Assembly (NCBI GenBank): GCA_965246715.1
Contig: CBDFFH010000055.1
Coordinates: 128,001-192,000, forward strand
Length of the DNA stretch: 64,000 nt
DNA from: Chamaesiphon sp.
GTDB lineage: Bacteria > Cyanobacteriota > Cyanobacteriia > Cyanobacteriales > Chamaesiphonaceae
Direction: 5' to 3'
Part shown: positions 40,961 through 51,492 of the stretch, one piece after another
Layout of the letters: each line of letters begins with the position of its first letter
Numbering within the stretch: position 1 is the stretch's first letter
Position numbers and translations under genes: made by a program
Notes under the pieces: model-generated
What the model was told of the DNA's origin: nothing
The model's input: only the letters and a program-made list of their open reading frames with translations
Database searches by the model: none

Positions 40961-42190
40961 CTCACATCTTGCACCAGAATATAAGTACTAGATTTAGATC
41001 GAGACTAATTCCAAGGCAAGACCCTGCGAGAGCAGAAAGTCTCGCTTCCGATCGATTTCTACTAAAAGTAAACTCACTGCGATCTGTGGCATTAACTGTT
41101 GAAGTGCCAGCTCAGATTCCTGTCTCCACTCAGGCGGAAGGCTTACGTTTGAGGATAAATAGACCCAGTGGGTGAGTACAAAACTAATAAAGCTCAGAAG
41201 CAGCCAACGGTATACACCTAAAAGTGTTTGTTGACCGAAGCTAGCCAGCCCAAATCGATATTTAGCAGTCTTGAAAAATCCTTCAATTGCCCATCGACGA
41301 CTGCCCCACCAAGCAATCGTACTGCCTTTAAGAGCGCGGGTCGAAATCACAAATCTTTTCTCCAACTTACCATCCCGTTTTAAGTAGAACCAGGAAGCCG
41401 TAACCACGCCCTCTAAACCTGATAGCTTAACTTGTTGACCCTTCTTGCCTAGCATCTTCATCTGTCTCCCATCTGCCAGTTTCCGGTTATTCGGTATACC
41501 AACAATTGCTTGATGACGAAGTTTTTTGACCCCGTTGAGGAATTCGACACTACTAAATCCAGTATCGGCTAATACTTGGACTCGAAAGCGGTAAGTGAGT
41601 TTCTTGGGCAAGGTGCGGAGCAATTTTAGCCCCAATTGAGCAGGAGTAGTTGTGCCTTTACCACGCCAGGAACGGAACGCCCAAGGTATTCTCCACTGTC
41701 CAACGACTAAGTACAGTACAACCAAATGCAGTCCTCGCTTACCGTTGAGAATATGTATCAACGTTGCAAATGCTTTGAATTTCCCCCTTTTCTCCAATGT
41801 AGTCAGATCGATAATTACCTGCAAGTAAGGTCTTTGTCCTTTGGCTGTGTAATTACTCAACTGTTTCAAAATATGTTGGCGAGTCGTACGAATCACGGCT
41901 CTGGTTGGCCACCCATATTCATTGAAAAATCTGCTCAAAGCCGCAGGTGATTTAATCACCCCATGTTCTGGTAACATTTGACCATTCTTAGGTTCCATAA
42001 ATAGAGCGAAACTAGCTTGGAGACTAAGTTTCTGATAGGGACTGGGCATCAGCTCTAACAACGTGTAGAGTATTAATTGGGCGTACGGGAGAATGGTATT
42101 CACTGTTCTCATCAATGTTTTTACACGCCCTTTTTCTCATATTTTGACTCCTGCGAAAATCAGTTGTTATGTACTGGTGCAAGATGTGAG
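40961..42190 (-). mobile_element. IS701-like element, copy 2 (1230 bp)
   Basis: Same IRs as copy 1; 4 bp TSD CAAA. Only two substitutions versus copy 1 were spotted. Confidence 0.92.
40994..42115 (-). CDS. DDE transposase, same protein as 29927-31048
   Basis: Identical translation in the ORF track. Confidence 0.9.
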   Translation of the reverse strand: MMRTVNTILPYAQLILYTLLELMPSPYQKLSLQASFALFMEPKNGQMLPEHGVIKSPAALSRFFNEYGWPTRAVIRTTRQHILKQLSNYTAKGQRPYLQVIIDLTTLEKRGKFKAFATLIHILNGKRGLHLVVLYLVVGQWRIPWAFRSWRGKGTTTPAQLGLKLLRTLPKKLTYRFRVQVLADTGFSSVEFLNGVKKLRHQAIVGIPNNRKLADGRQMKMLGKKGQQVKLSGLEGVVTASWFYLKRDGKLEKRFVISTRALKGSTIAWWGSRRWAIEGFFKTAKYRFGLASFGQQTLLGVYRWLLLSFISFVLTHWVYLSSNVSLPPEWRQESELALQQLMPQIAVSLLLVEIDRKRDFLLSQGLALELVSI

Positions 42191-42529
42191 CAAACTTAAC
42201 TCGTCAACAAATAGCTGATTTATTAGCAGCAACAGGAATAAGCGTCAGCGTGACAGTGGTAGACCAGTTACTAGCCAAGCATCAATTTCGGCGGCGCAAA
42301 GCATTAAAAACCAAAACTTGTGGCAGTAGCGAACATCGCAATGAGCAGTTTGAAAAAATTGCTTATCTCAAAACTGAGTATTTAGTACAAGGCAATCCAG
42401 TAATGAGCATGGATAGTAAAAAAAAGAGTTGATTGGAAATTTATACCGCGCAGGCAGTACTTACAATACTTGTCCCATCGAAGTTTTAGACCATGATTTC
42501 CTTCCTTGGCAACGGGAGTAGCGTACATC

Positions 42530-43040
42530 CTACGTCATGACAAATATTCCCAACATCAAATATTCGGAAGTTGGGAATATCTATGGTCAGAGAACTTGGA
42601 TAGAGTATGGATTTAGACAATGTAAATCCGAACTAGGATGGTCGGACTTTAGACTGACTAAATATTTAGATATTGCGCGCTGGTGGGAAATCATCTCTTG
42701 TGCATTTTTATTAGTTAGCTTTCAGTCGCTTCCAGTTACCATCTCTGAGTCGATTGAGCCAAAAATTGTCGAATTAGAACTTAAAAGCTGTTTAGCGGAA
42801 CATCCTAATTGGGATGAGCATCGAGGATGGAAATCAGCTCTAAATAATCTTCAGCTATTATTGCTACCACTATTGGCATTCAATTTAATTAAACCTTGGC
42901 TGACTATTTTTGGCAATCCACTTTTAGAACAGAGTTTTAATACGTTGATTACCTATATTAATCTCTGTAGTTATGCTTTTAACTCCTCATGATAATTGAA
43001 TTTTTATTCGTTTTACCTGTCCTAGAGTGACAGAAGAGGG
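42530..43040 (+). pseudogene. IS701-family transposase C-terminal remnant
   Basis: YGQRTWIEYGFRQCKSELGWSDF..RWWEI..HPNWD..GWKSALNNL. Probable end GTGACAGAAGAGGG. Confidence 0.8.
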
Positions 43041-43298
43041 CTACTTGTGTGAAGAGATTCGATCGCTAGTTTTCGCTCGCATTCACTTGAGGATAGACTT
43101 TGACGATCCTTGCTTTTTGCTATTCTCATCACGGTGGCTTCAGCTTGTCTGTCGTTGGCATAGCCTACCGGAGGTAATCGAATAAATTGCCCCTTGACAA
43201 TTAACATAATCGCTACGCGGACTGATTAACTACTCCGCGTAGGCTGGCAACAACCGGACTTTGCATCACTAGCCGAGACTTTAGTCTCTAGGCAATTC

Positions 43299-45242
43299 TT
43301 GTCCCGAACTAAGGTTAGTCAGAACGTACTAGAGGAAATGACGGATGGCGATCGACATCACAGCGCACATAATAGAGATCTAAACACTCGCCATCGCCCT
43401 CAAACCACAGTTATGTCTGATATTCGACCGACATCTGAAGAAGATATTGCCATCGTCAACTTAGTCGATCGCATTTTAGCCAAAGCGATCGAAGATCGGG
43501 CATCGGCGCTGTATTTTGAACCTCAAGCAAAATCGCTTCAGATGCGGATTCGGAAAGATGGCATCGTGCAAATAGCCTTGCAGAATTTACCTACCAAAAT
43601 GGTAGCACCGACGATTGCCTATCTCAAATCAATGGCTCAGATCGGCGTGCATTTACCTGCACCTCAAACTGGCAAAATCGTTGGCGCAGCCGCTCGGAAC
43701 AAGAATCGGGCGAGCAAATTCGGCCGAGTCAACATTGAAATTACCACTTTGCCGACTCAGTTTGGCGATCGGGTTACTGTCAAGATTGCTGATGCCGAGC
43801 AGCTACCATTATCGCTCGATCGACTCGTTGCCAATCGCGAAATTCTCGCTGCGATCCACCAATTAATTCATTGCGATCGAGGATTGATCTTAGTTGTTGG
43901 CGGACGAGATTGTGGAAAATCGACAACAGTATACGCTAGTCTAGCCGAACTCAATCGCGCTGAGCGAATTATTTATGCCATCGACAGCGATGCTAAATAT
44001 ACAGTACCAGGAATCGCTCGAATCATGCTGCCCGAGCGTGCTGATGATGAAGCGATCTCGCAGACCATTCGAGCTTGTCTGCGTCAGCAGCCGGATATTT
44101 TATCGATCGGTGCGATCGATAGTCTCGCTACCGCTCGCACCGCCTTGCAAGCTGTTGCCAGCGGTTGTCTGGTATTCGCGACGATCCAGGCAGAAACGGC
44201 AGGGGGCGCGATCGCCCAATTAATCGAACTAGGTATCTCTCCAGCGCAACTCTACACCGCAACGATCGGCATCATTGCCCAGAAAACGATCGAACGAGTC
44301 TGTCCGCAGTGTCGGCAACCTCACGAGCCAGAGAGCGGGGAATTAGCGCAACTAGGAAATACGATTCTCAATCTTAACGATCGGCAAATGTATTTTCGAG
44401 CCAATAGTCTCAGCCTTGCCGAAATCGAACGGGCAAAACAAATTGGCAAGTTGTGTGCTAAATGTCAGGGCTGTGGTTATTCTGGACGAATCGGGCTGCA
44501 TGAAGTATCTGTAATTACCGATCGACTCAAATCAGCAATTTTGAGTGGTGATGCCGAACGCATCGATCTAGCTACTCAGGAAACAGGAATGCGATCGTTT
44601 GTAGATTTAGCCATTAAATTGTTTCGAGAAGGACATACCACGCTAACGGAAGTTAGGCGTTGTGTTCCGGTCAGAACTCTGCTCCAAAATCAACTTGCCA
44701 CCGCTCAAACTCATCCAAATAGTGGCGAGCTAAGTGCGGATAATTCTGACACGTTAGAAGCAGCTTTATATTGGAAACAACAAGCAACTAATACCAAGGC
44801 TGACTACGAACAGCTATTTGCAGAATTAGAAATTTATCAACAGGAAGCAGACAAATTCGAGCAGCGGATCGCGCAGAGTCGCTCTCAGTCAGCACATAGC
44901 ACTCGTGCCGAGATTGCCCTGCAATTATTATCAGTCATTGATGTGATCGAACTCGCTCGTACCTCAATTAAGCCACAAACCGATCGGGAGGCTGCAATTC
45001 AAAAAGGCTACTCGATGTTAGAAAATAAAATGCTGTCGAGTATCAAAGAAATCGGCGTGCGGGTTACTGAAACTAGGGGACATAAATTTGACCCACATCT
45101 ACATGAAATCATCAAAGAAATCGGCACGCACGAGCATCCTGCTGGTTCGATTATTGAAGAGTTTAGACGTGGTTATACGCTCGGCGATCGCGTTTTACGA
45201 TTGGCACAGGTTAAGGTCGCTGTTGCATCGAGTTATGCTTAG
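43299..45242 (+). CDS. GspE/PilB-like ATPase-fold protein fused to a C-terminal GrpE domain
   Basis: N-terminal: PTQFGDRV, GGRDCGKSTT, CPQC..CAKC.GCGYSGRIGLHEV. C-terminal: LLSVID..ELAR, GHKFDPHLHE and RRGYTLGDRVLRLAQVKVA. Start uncertain. Confidence 0.88.
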   Translation: MSRTKVSQNVLEEMTDGDRHHSAHNRDLNTRHRPQTTVMSDIRPTSEEDIAIVNLVDRILAKAIEDRASALYFEPQAKSLQMRIRKDGIVQIALQNLPTKMVAPTIAYLKSMAQIGVHLPAPQTGKIVGAAARNKNRASKFGRVNIEITTLPTQFGDRVTVKIADAEQLPLSLDRLVANREILAAIHQLIHCDRGLILVVGGRDCGKSTTVYASLAELNRAERIIYAIDSDAKYTVPGIARIMLPERADDEAISQTIRACLRQQPDILSIGAIDSLATARTALQAVASGCLVFATIQAETAGGAIAQLIELGISPAQLYTATIGIIAQKTIERVCPQCRQPHEPESGELAQLGNTILNLNDRQMYFRANSLSLAEIERAKQIGKLCAKCQGCGYSGRIGLHEVSVITDRLKSAILSGDAERIDLATQETGMRSFVDLAIKLFREGHTTLTEVRRCVPVRTLLQNQLATAQTHPNSGELSADNSDTLEAALYWKQQATNTKADYEQLFAELEIYQQEADKFEQRIAQSRSQSAHSTRAEIALQLLSVIDVIELARTSIKPQTDREAAIQKGYSMLENKMLSSIKEIGVRVTETRGHKFDPHLHEIIKEIGTHEHPAGSIIEEFRRGYTLGDRVLRLAQVKVAVASSYA

Positions 45243-45820
45243 TCGATCGATTGTTTCCGCTCTAACGCCAGCCACTCTTGTCTAGTAATTCGCATTTTAT
45301 TTGCCTCGATCCATCGCCCTCTTTTTCGGAATGCGTGGGGAATATAGCCCACAAATCGCATCCCAACCTTTTCGAGCACTCGCTTACTGCTTTTATTCCA
45401 GAGCGCATAACTTGCCTCAATTTGGGTAGCATCGAGTCGCTCGAATCCAAACGATACGATCGCGATTACCGATTCCGTCATATAGCCTTTTCCTTGATGT
45501 GCTGGATGCGTCCAAAAGCCCAGATTCCAGATTCCTTCACGCCTATTTTTATTGATGCCAATCCGTCCGAGGAGATTATCTGAATCACGAGCGGCGATCG
45601 TAAAGCTGTAAAGTTTTCCCTCCTGCCAAGCTAGTAAATTCTCTTGCAATGGCTCATACAGATCTTCGAGCCTTGCGGGTGCTTCCGAGTCCATTCCAGC
45701 GTGAAATCTCGGTGAAGTTGTCGCCTCAAAGATCGCGGGCAAATCCTCTACCGTAGAATGGCGCAATCGACACCTTGATGTCTCGATCGTCAAATCTAGT
45801 GAAATAGCTTGTTCGAGCAT
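45239..45820 (-). CDS. RimJ/RimL-type GNAT acetyltransferase
   Basis: LGFWTHPAHQGKGYMTE and N.SSKRVLEKVGM motifs. Confidence 0.88.
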   Translation of the reverse strand: MLEQAISLDLTIETSRCRLRHSTVEDLPAIFEATTSPRFHAGMDSEAPARLEDLYEPLQENLLAWQEGKLYSFTIAARDSDNLLGRIGINKNRREGIWNLGFWTHPAHQGKGYMTESVIAIVSFGFERLDATQIEASYALWNKSSKRVLEKVGMRFVGYIPHAFRKRGRWIEANKMRITRQEWLALERKQSID

Positions 45821-45884
45821 TGTTTAATCTTATCAAAACCACAATTTTGGGTGGTGGGCGATATCCACAGTCTGATATTTATTC

Positions 45885-48605
45885 CTAGAATTGTTGCAAT
45901 CTTTCCAATAAAATCTCGCGTTGTTTCTCCAATTCAACCAAACCATCTTGCGCCTCTCGAACGACTTCTGGAGTCGCTCGTTCGACAAATTTAGGATTAC
46001 TCAACCGAGCATTAGTTGAAGCAATATCTTTGTCAATCTTGTCGATTTTTTTCTGAATCTTGGCTTTAAAAGCATCGATATCGACAACTCCAGTTAATGG
46101 CAGAATTAGTTGAACCGTCGCAAAAACACTGGCGATCGATCTAGCTGGTTCTTCAGCTAACTTATCAACGATATTTAACTCTTCAACCTTAGCCAAATCG
46201 CAGATATAAGTCTTGCCACGTTCTAAAATTTGACATTCGAGTTCGCTATCGCTCTGAACGATTAAGGTAACTTTGGTAGATGGTTTGATATCAGCTTCCG
46301 CCCGAAGATTCCGAGTAGTGCGAATTACCCCAATGAGTAATTCAAACTCGCGATCGAGTTCGAGATCGATCGAGCTAGCATCCGCGATCGGATATGCTTG
46401 AATCGAAATATCATTGACCTCTTCTGCTTGATTAAATGTCTGCCAAATCTCGGAAGTAACGTGAGGCATGAAGGGATGAATTAATTTTAAGATCCCATCT
46501 AAAACAAATCCTAAAGTTTGTTGGGCGACTAACTTACTATTTTGCTCTGCACCTTCCAATAACCGGGATTTAACTAACTCGATATACCAATCACACAAAT
46601 CGCCCCAGAAGAACTCATATAACACCTTCGCTGCTTCGCCGAGCGCATATCGATCGATATAATCCCCCGTCTGTTGAGCTGTCTGATGGAATCGTGATAA
46701 AATCCATCGATCGGCAACTTCTAGATCTGTAAGATTGGGATTACCTAATTGTGCGGGTGTTTTTTCCTCCAGATTCATCATTACAAATCGCGCCGCATTC
46801 CACAATTTATTAGTGAAATTCCGGCTGGCTTCGACGGATTCCGATTCATCAGTTTTCCGATTATATTGAATCCGAATATCTTGCCCCGCACCGATTACTT
46901 CGCGAATCAGGGTATACCGCAGCGCATCGGTACCGTATTTGTCGATCAGCAATAATGGATCGATTCCATTACCCGCCGATTTCGATTGTTTCTTACCATT
47001 TTCATCCAGAACTAAACCGTGGATGTAGATATTTTCAAATGGCATTTTACCAGTCAAATATCCGGCCATCATCGTCATTCTGGCGACCCAAAAGAAGATA
47101 ATATCGTAACCAGTCACGAGGGTAGAAGTTGGATAATAAGTCTCTAAATCGACAGTGTTTTCCGGCCAGCCGAGAGTCGAGAACGGCCATAATCCAGACG
47201 AGAACCAAGTATCTAGTACGTCAGGATCGCGAACTAATTGGACGTTGTTGCCGAATTGTTCGATCGCTTGTGCTTGTGCTTCTTCCTGACTCTTGGCAAC
47301 AAAGAACGGAGTATTATCGGTAATTTCCCCATTAGTTTCACTTACTGCATACCAAGCCGGAATTTGATGACCCCACCATAATTGCCGCGAGATACACCAA
47401 TCTTTCAATTTTACCAACCAATCCCGATACACCTTCGACCACCGTTGCGAGACGAATTCAGGCGAATTTTGGTTGTCTAAATGCTCCAGACAATTATCCG
47501 CCATCGGGCGAATTTTGACGAACCATTGGGTTGATAGTAATGGCTCGACCGGAACTTTACCGCGATCGCTATAAGGGACGGTATGCTTATATTCTTCGAC
47601 TTTAACTAAAGCACCCAACTCATCTAATTTTGCCACCACATTTCGCCGTGCGGCAAACCGTTCTTGTCCATTAAAATCGCCAGCATTCTCATTCAGAGTG
47701 CCGTCTTTATTCATAATATTGATGAGTGACAAATTATGCCGTTGCCCCATCGCAAAGTCATTCGGATCGTGGGCTGGTGTAACTTTGACGCATCCAGTTC
47801 CAAACTCAGCTTCGACGAACTCGTCACCAATAATGGGAATTTGCCGACCGACGATCGGCAGTGTTAGAGTCTTCCCAATCAGATGTTTATAGCGTGGATC
47901 GTTTGGATTGACCGCTACCCCGGTATCGCCCAACATCGTTTCCGGACGCGTCGTTGCCACATCAACATATCCCGAACCATCACTCAATGGATAGCGGAAA
48001 TACCACAAACTACCATTAGTTTCCTTATTTTCAACTTCCAAGTCCGAAACTGCCGACTGGGAAGCGGGACACCAATTAACTAAATACTGTCCCCGATAAA
48101 TCATCCCATCCCGATGCAGCTGGACGAATGCTTCCAATACCGCTGCGGACAATCCCTCATCCAGCGTAAACCGTTCCCGCGTCCAATCCGCCGAGACACC
48201 CATCCGCTTGAGCTGATTGACAATCGTTCCACCCGACTCAGCTTTCCATTCCCACGCACGTTCTAGAAACTTTTCGCGTCCGACATCATAGCGCGTCTTA
48301 CCTTCAGCTTTGAGCTGTTTCTCTAAGATCGTCTGTACCGCGATACTGGCGTGATCTGTCCCTGGTAAAAACAGGGTATTGTCTCCCCGCATCCGATGGT
48401 AGCGAATCAATGTGTCGATTAACGCGCTCTCGAAGGCGTGACCCAGGTGCAAACTCCCCGTCACATTTGGCGGCGGAATAACGATGCAGAATGGTTTCCC
48501 ACCTTTAGCCGGATCGACTTTGTAGGTTTGGTTGTTTTCCCAAATCTGTTGCCATTTGGCTTCGGTGGTTTTTGCGTCGTACTGGGGGGGAAGATTAGCT
48601 GTCAT
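45885..48605 (-). CDS. valS: Valine--tRNA ligase
   Basis: [24 protein letters not shown] and KQSKS motifs; C-terminal coiled coil. Confidence 0.98.
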   Translation of the reverse strand: MTANLPPQYDAKTTEAKWQQIWENNQTYKVDPAKGGKPFCIVIPPPNVTGSLHLGHAFESALIDTLIRYHRMRGDNTLFLPGTDHASIAVQTILEKQLKAEGKTRYDVGREKFLERAWEWKAESGGTIVNQLKRMGVSADWTRERFTLDEGLSAAVLEAFVQLHRDGMIYRGQYLVNWCPASQSAVSDLEVENKETNGSLWYFRYPLSDGSGYVDVATTRPETMLGDTGVAVNPNDPRYKHLIGKTLTLPIVGRQIPIIGDEFVEAEFGTGCVKVTPAHDPNDFAMGQRHNLSLINIMNKDGTLNENAGDFNGQERFAARRNVVAKLDELGALVKVEEYKHTVPYSDRGKVPVEPLLSTQWFVKIRPMADNCLEHLDNQNSPEFVSQRWSKVYRDWLVKLKDWCISRQLWWGHQIPAWYAVSETNGEITDNTPFFVAKSQEEAQAQAIEQFGNNVQLVRDPDVLDTWFSSGLWPFSTLGWPENTVDLETYYPTSTLVTGYDIIFFWVARMTMMAGYLTGKMPFENIYIHGLVLDENGKKQSKSAGNGIDPLLLIDKYGTDALRYTLIREVIGAGQDIRIQYNRKTDESESVEASRNFTNKLWNAARFVMMNLEEKTPAQLGNPNLTDLEVADRWILSRFHQTAQQTGDYIDRYALGEAAKVLYEFFWGDLCDWYIELVKSRLLEGAEQNSKLVAQQTLGFVLDGILKLIHPFMPHVTSEIWQTFNQAEEVNDISIQAYPIADASSIDLELDREFELLIGVIRTTRNLRAEADIKPSTKVTLIVQSDSELECQILERGKTYICDLAKVEELNIVDKLAEEPARSIASVFATVQLILPLTGVVDIDAFKAKIQKKIDKIDKDIASTNARLSNPKFVERATPEVVREAQDGLVELEKQREILLERLQQF

Positions 48606-48675
48606 GGGATTGATGATGCGTCGATTTGCCTCTCTTACGATTGTGCCACAGTCGGGATGTTGATGTAGATTTTAG

Positions 48676-48705
48676 TTGACACGATCATGTCAAATATGAC
48701 ATGAT
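48676..48705 (+). promoter_or_regulatory. TA operon promoter/operator
   Basis: TTGACA at 48676 followed by the palindrome ATCATGTCA-AATA-TGACATGAT (48684-48705). Confidence 0.65.
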
Positions 48706-48733
48706 ATTATGACGATCTATCGCAAGAGCAGAT

Positions 48734-48773
48734 CTTCAAAGAACCTCAAAGAACCTCAAAGAACTTCAAAGAA
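48734..48773. repeat. 10 bp tandem repeat x4
   Basis: C(T/C)TCAAAGAA four times, in the leader of the toxin gene. Confidence 0.85.
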
Positions 48774-48832
48774 ATCCATGAATAGAACTATAGGGCGCAG
48801 TTTCAGATCGACTCACAGGATAATCTTTATCA

Positions 48833-49192
48833 ATGACTATTCACGACAATGACAGCAAAAAGATTGTTTGGTTATCTGGCGAGATTAAAACTCCCCCATT
48901 ATCCGTATTCGCGCGAATTGAAGCAGGCTTTCTGTTGAGACAATTACAGGAAGATGAACTACTATCAATGCCTGTTTCTAGACCAATGCCAGATATTGGT
49001 AAGCATTGTCACGAACTTCGAGTAAGAGACAGCGAAAATAACCAACAGTGGCGAATCATTTATCGGATCGATGATGATGCAATTATAGTTGCTAGTGTCT
49101 TCCTAAAGAAAACACAAGAGACACCCCGACAGGAAATCGATAATAGTCAGAACAGACTCAAACTATATGATAAAGACTCAAAAACAGGATAG
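48833..49192 (+). CDS. RelE/ParE-superfamily (HigB/Gp49-like) toxin
   Basis: KTPPLS..ARIEAGFLLRQLQ, SRPMPDIG..CHELRV, WRIIYR and FLKKTQETP motifs. Confidence 0.88.
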   Translation: MTIHDNDSKKIVWLSGEIKTPPLSVFARIEAGFLLRQLQEDELLSMPVSRPMPDIGKHCHELRVRDSENNQQWRIIYRIDDDAIIVASVFLKKTQETPRQEIDNSQNRLKLYDKDSKTG

Positions 49193-49212
49193 ATCCTGTG
49201 AGGATATAAATT

Positions 49213-49527
49213 ATGGAACCCAAAAAACAACAAAAATTAGAAGCTGCTGGGTGGAAAGTTAGTACCGTAGCTGATTTCCTACAACTTACACCGGAAGAAG
49301 AAGCCATAATTGAAATTCGATTGGCGTTGAGTAAGTCGGTGAAAAAGATGAGATAGCAAGAGCAGCTATCTCAACAAAAATTCGCTGAAAATATTAATTC
49401 TAGTCAATCGCGAGTGGCAAAAATGGAAGCTGCGGATCGATCTGTATCGATCGATCTATTAATCAAATCATTACTAGCACTCGGCGCGACTCGTGAAGAT
49501 ATTGCAGCGGCAATTGCGGGAGAGTAA
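49213..49527 (+). pseudogene. HigA-like XRE antitoxin with an in-frame amber stop
   Basis: MEPKKQQKLEAAGWKVSTVADFLQLTPEEEAIIEIRLALSKSVKKMR*QEQLSQQKFAENINSSQSRVAKMEAADRSVSIDLLIKSLLALGATREDIAAAIAGE. The TAG is at 49354-49356. Confidence 0.88.
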
Positions 49528-49669
49528 GATCGAATTATGATTTCACTAACTGTCGCTTTCGATCGAAATCCTGACCACAGCAAACTAATGTCGATCGACG
49601 ACGAAACAATGTGTCGGTCTATTATACTAGTCGAGATGGTGTAACTCATTTATTAGGAGACCGATCGCC

Positions 49670-50938
49670 GTGACTAGCACGCTCAATGCCCCCACCATCC
49701 AGACATTACCCAATGGCTTGACCATCATTGCCGAACAGATGCCTGTAGAAGCAGTGAATCTGAATATCTGGTTGAATGTTGGTTCGTTTCAAGAAACCGA
49801 TGCAATCAATGGCATGGCGCACTTCCTAGAGCACATGGTATTCAAAGGTACGCCCCGATTGGTAGCTGGGGAATTCGAGCGGCTGATCGAGGAACGCGGT
49901 GCAGTGACGAATGCAGCGACGAGTCAAGATTATACGCATTACTACATTACTACTGCACCCAAGGATTTTGCTGCGCTCGCACCCCTGCAAATCGATGTGG
50001 TGACAAATCCGCGCATTCCTGATGAAGAATTCGATCGCGAGAAATTAGTCGTATTAGAAGAAATTCGCAGGTCTCAAGATAGTCCTCAACGCCGGATTTA
50101 TCAACACGCGATCGAAGTTGCCTTTAACAAACTACCATATCGGCGATCGGTGTTAGGGCCAGAAGCAGTAATTGAAGGAGTTACCGCCCAACAGATGCGC
50201 TATTTTCACGCTACCCACTATCAGCCTACTTCGATGACAGCGGTAGCCGTAGGAAATTTACCCGTTGATGAGTTGATTAATATCGTCGCCGATGGATTTG
50301 CCGCACAATCTGGCACGATTCCAGCGGTTGATTTTGTAGGCAAAAATTCTCGCCCCACGCCCGAACCTGCCTTTACGCGCGTAGTCCGGCAAGAACACAT
50401 CGATCCTAGTCTCCAACAGGCAAGATTGATTATGGTCTGGCGCGTACCCGGCACAATCGATTTAGCCGAGACTTATCCCCTGGATATTTTAGCTGCCATC
50501 CTCGGATCGGGACGGACATCGCGGTTGGTAAAGGAGTTGAAGGAAGAACGCCAACTGGTGAATAATATCAATGTCAGCAATATGAGCAATCGCGTTCAAG
50601 GATTATTTTATCTCAGCGCCCAGTTGCCGAGCGAAAATCTGCGCGAAGTCGAACAAATTATCGCCGAGCATATCTCAAAGCTGCAAAATACGCTCATCAC
50701 TGAATCAGAAATCGCCAGGGTGCGCCGTCAAGTGGCCAATCGCTATATCTTTGGCACCGAAACTCCCAGCGATCGGGCGGATCTTTACGGTTATTATCGA
50801 TCGGTAGTGGGAGATCTGACTCCAGCTCTAAATTATCCCCACCAAATCCAATCTTTAGATGCTACAACCATTCAACTAGCCGCGCGTCACTACCTCTCAC
50901 CGACTGCATATGGAGTAATCACAGTTAAGCCAGAGTGA
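49670..50938 (+). CDS. M16 (pitrilysin-like) zinc peptidase
   Basis: GMAHFLEHMVFKGT and NAATSQDYT motifs. Confidence 0.93.
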   Translation: MTSTLNAPTIQTLPNGLTIIAEQMPVEAVNLNIWLNVGSFQETDAINGMAHFLEHMVFKGTPRLVAGEFERLIEERGAVTNAATSQDYTHYYITTAPKDFAALAPLQIDVVTNPRIPDEEFDREKLVVLEEIRRSQDSPQRRIYQHAIEVAFNKLPYRRSVLGPEAVIEGVTAQQMRYFHATHYQPTSMTAVAVGNLPVDELINIVADGFAAQSGTIPAVDFVGKNSRPTPEPAFTRVVRQEHIDPSLQQARLIMVWRVPGTIDLAETYPLDILAAILGSGRTSRLVKELKEERQLVNNINVSNMSNRVQGLFYLSAQLPSENLREVEQIIAEHISKLQNTLITESEIARVRRQVANRYIFGTETPSDRADLYGYYRSVVGDLTPALNYPHQIQSLDATTIQLAARHYLSPTAYGVITVKPE

Positions 50939-50990
50939 GCGTAATTGTGTTCTCTTGAGATCGACAATACTGCACCCGATTAAAATCAGT

Positions 50991-51022
50991 GCTAGTGTTG
51001 CGAAGTCCGCCTTCGCGGACTA
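50991..51022. repeat. Small dispersed repeat (related inverted copy at 63397-63428)
   Basis: Reverse complement TAGTCCGCGAAGGCGGACTTCGCAACACTAGC versus TAGTCCCCGAAGGCGGACTTTGTATCACTAGC. Confidence 0.65.
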
Positions 51023-51108
51023 GTAATCTTAGCCGAGCCTACTCTTCGGGCGGAGCCTGCGCTTTACGCTTACAGTCTCCAGGCTCCTCTTGTCCTGCAC
51101 TGCCAGAT

Positions 51109-51492
51109 TTAATTTAAATCGAGATCGATCGAATCGGTGATGGTTGACTCGACTTGGATAACGGTATTTACTTGAATGATTGTTGGTGGATATTGTTTCT
51201 CAATTGCTGCGGCGATGGCCTCCTCCTGCAACCATTTGAGATTGCTTTTTGCCCAAGCACGGTTTTGGGGATAGGGACTATCGATCGTTTGTTGACAGAG
51301 ATAGATCGCCAGATCGGCCTGTCCGTTGCGCTGATAAGCTTTGATCGACCAGCGTTGGGCTTCAAAATACTCACTAGGCTTGGTATCAGTATGCTGACGG
51401 CAAAAAGTTTCGAGTGCTTCGACTGCCTCGGCATATTGCCGGTTGTGCCTGGCGAAAATTCCAGCTTTGAGCAGTTTTAGGTCGGCTGTCAT
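51109..51492 (-). CDS. TPR-like hypothetical protein
   Basis: Helical pattern QYAEAVEALE..AQRWSIKAYQRNGQ..AIYLCQ..RAWA. ATG 51492 chosen as start. Confidence 0.65.
   Translation of the reverse strand: MTADLKLLKAGIFARHNRQYAEAVEALETFCRQHTDTKPSEYFEAQRWSIKAYQRNGQADLAIYLCQQTIDSPYPQNRAWAKSNLKWLQEEAIAAAIEKQYPPTIIQVNTVIQVESTITDSIDLDLN

Larger units (their letters stand above)
40544..42529 (+). mobile_element. Degenerate ISAzo13-family element, split by IS701-like copy 2 and truncated
   Basis: MKSYYESLTEKDRRRYAAIEA..(frameshift)..IRRPGGGRKK..TAGSPM..LKWTN/LTRQQIA..RNEQFE..NPVMSMDSKKK(ELIGN..VLDHDF). Ends are approximate. Confidence 0.8.

Noticed and set aside
29894..42190. Cluster having arrived as a composite transposon
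   Set aside because: Each IS copy has its own TSD and its own interrupted target, so the insertions were independent.
48734..48773. Tandem repeats here and at 21390 and 53563 as a CRISPR array
   Set aside because: The units are 7-10 bp with no spacers, and there are no cas genes in the window.
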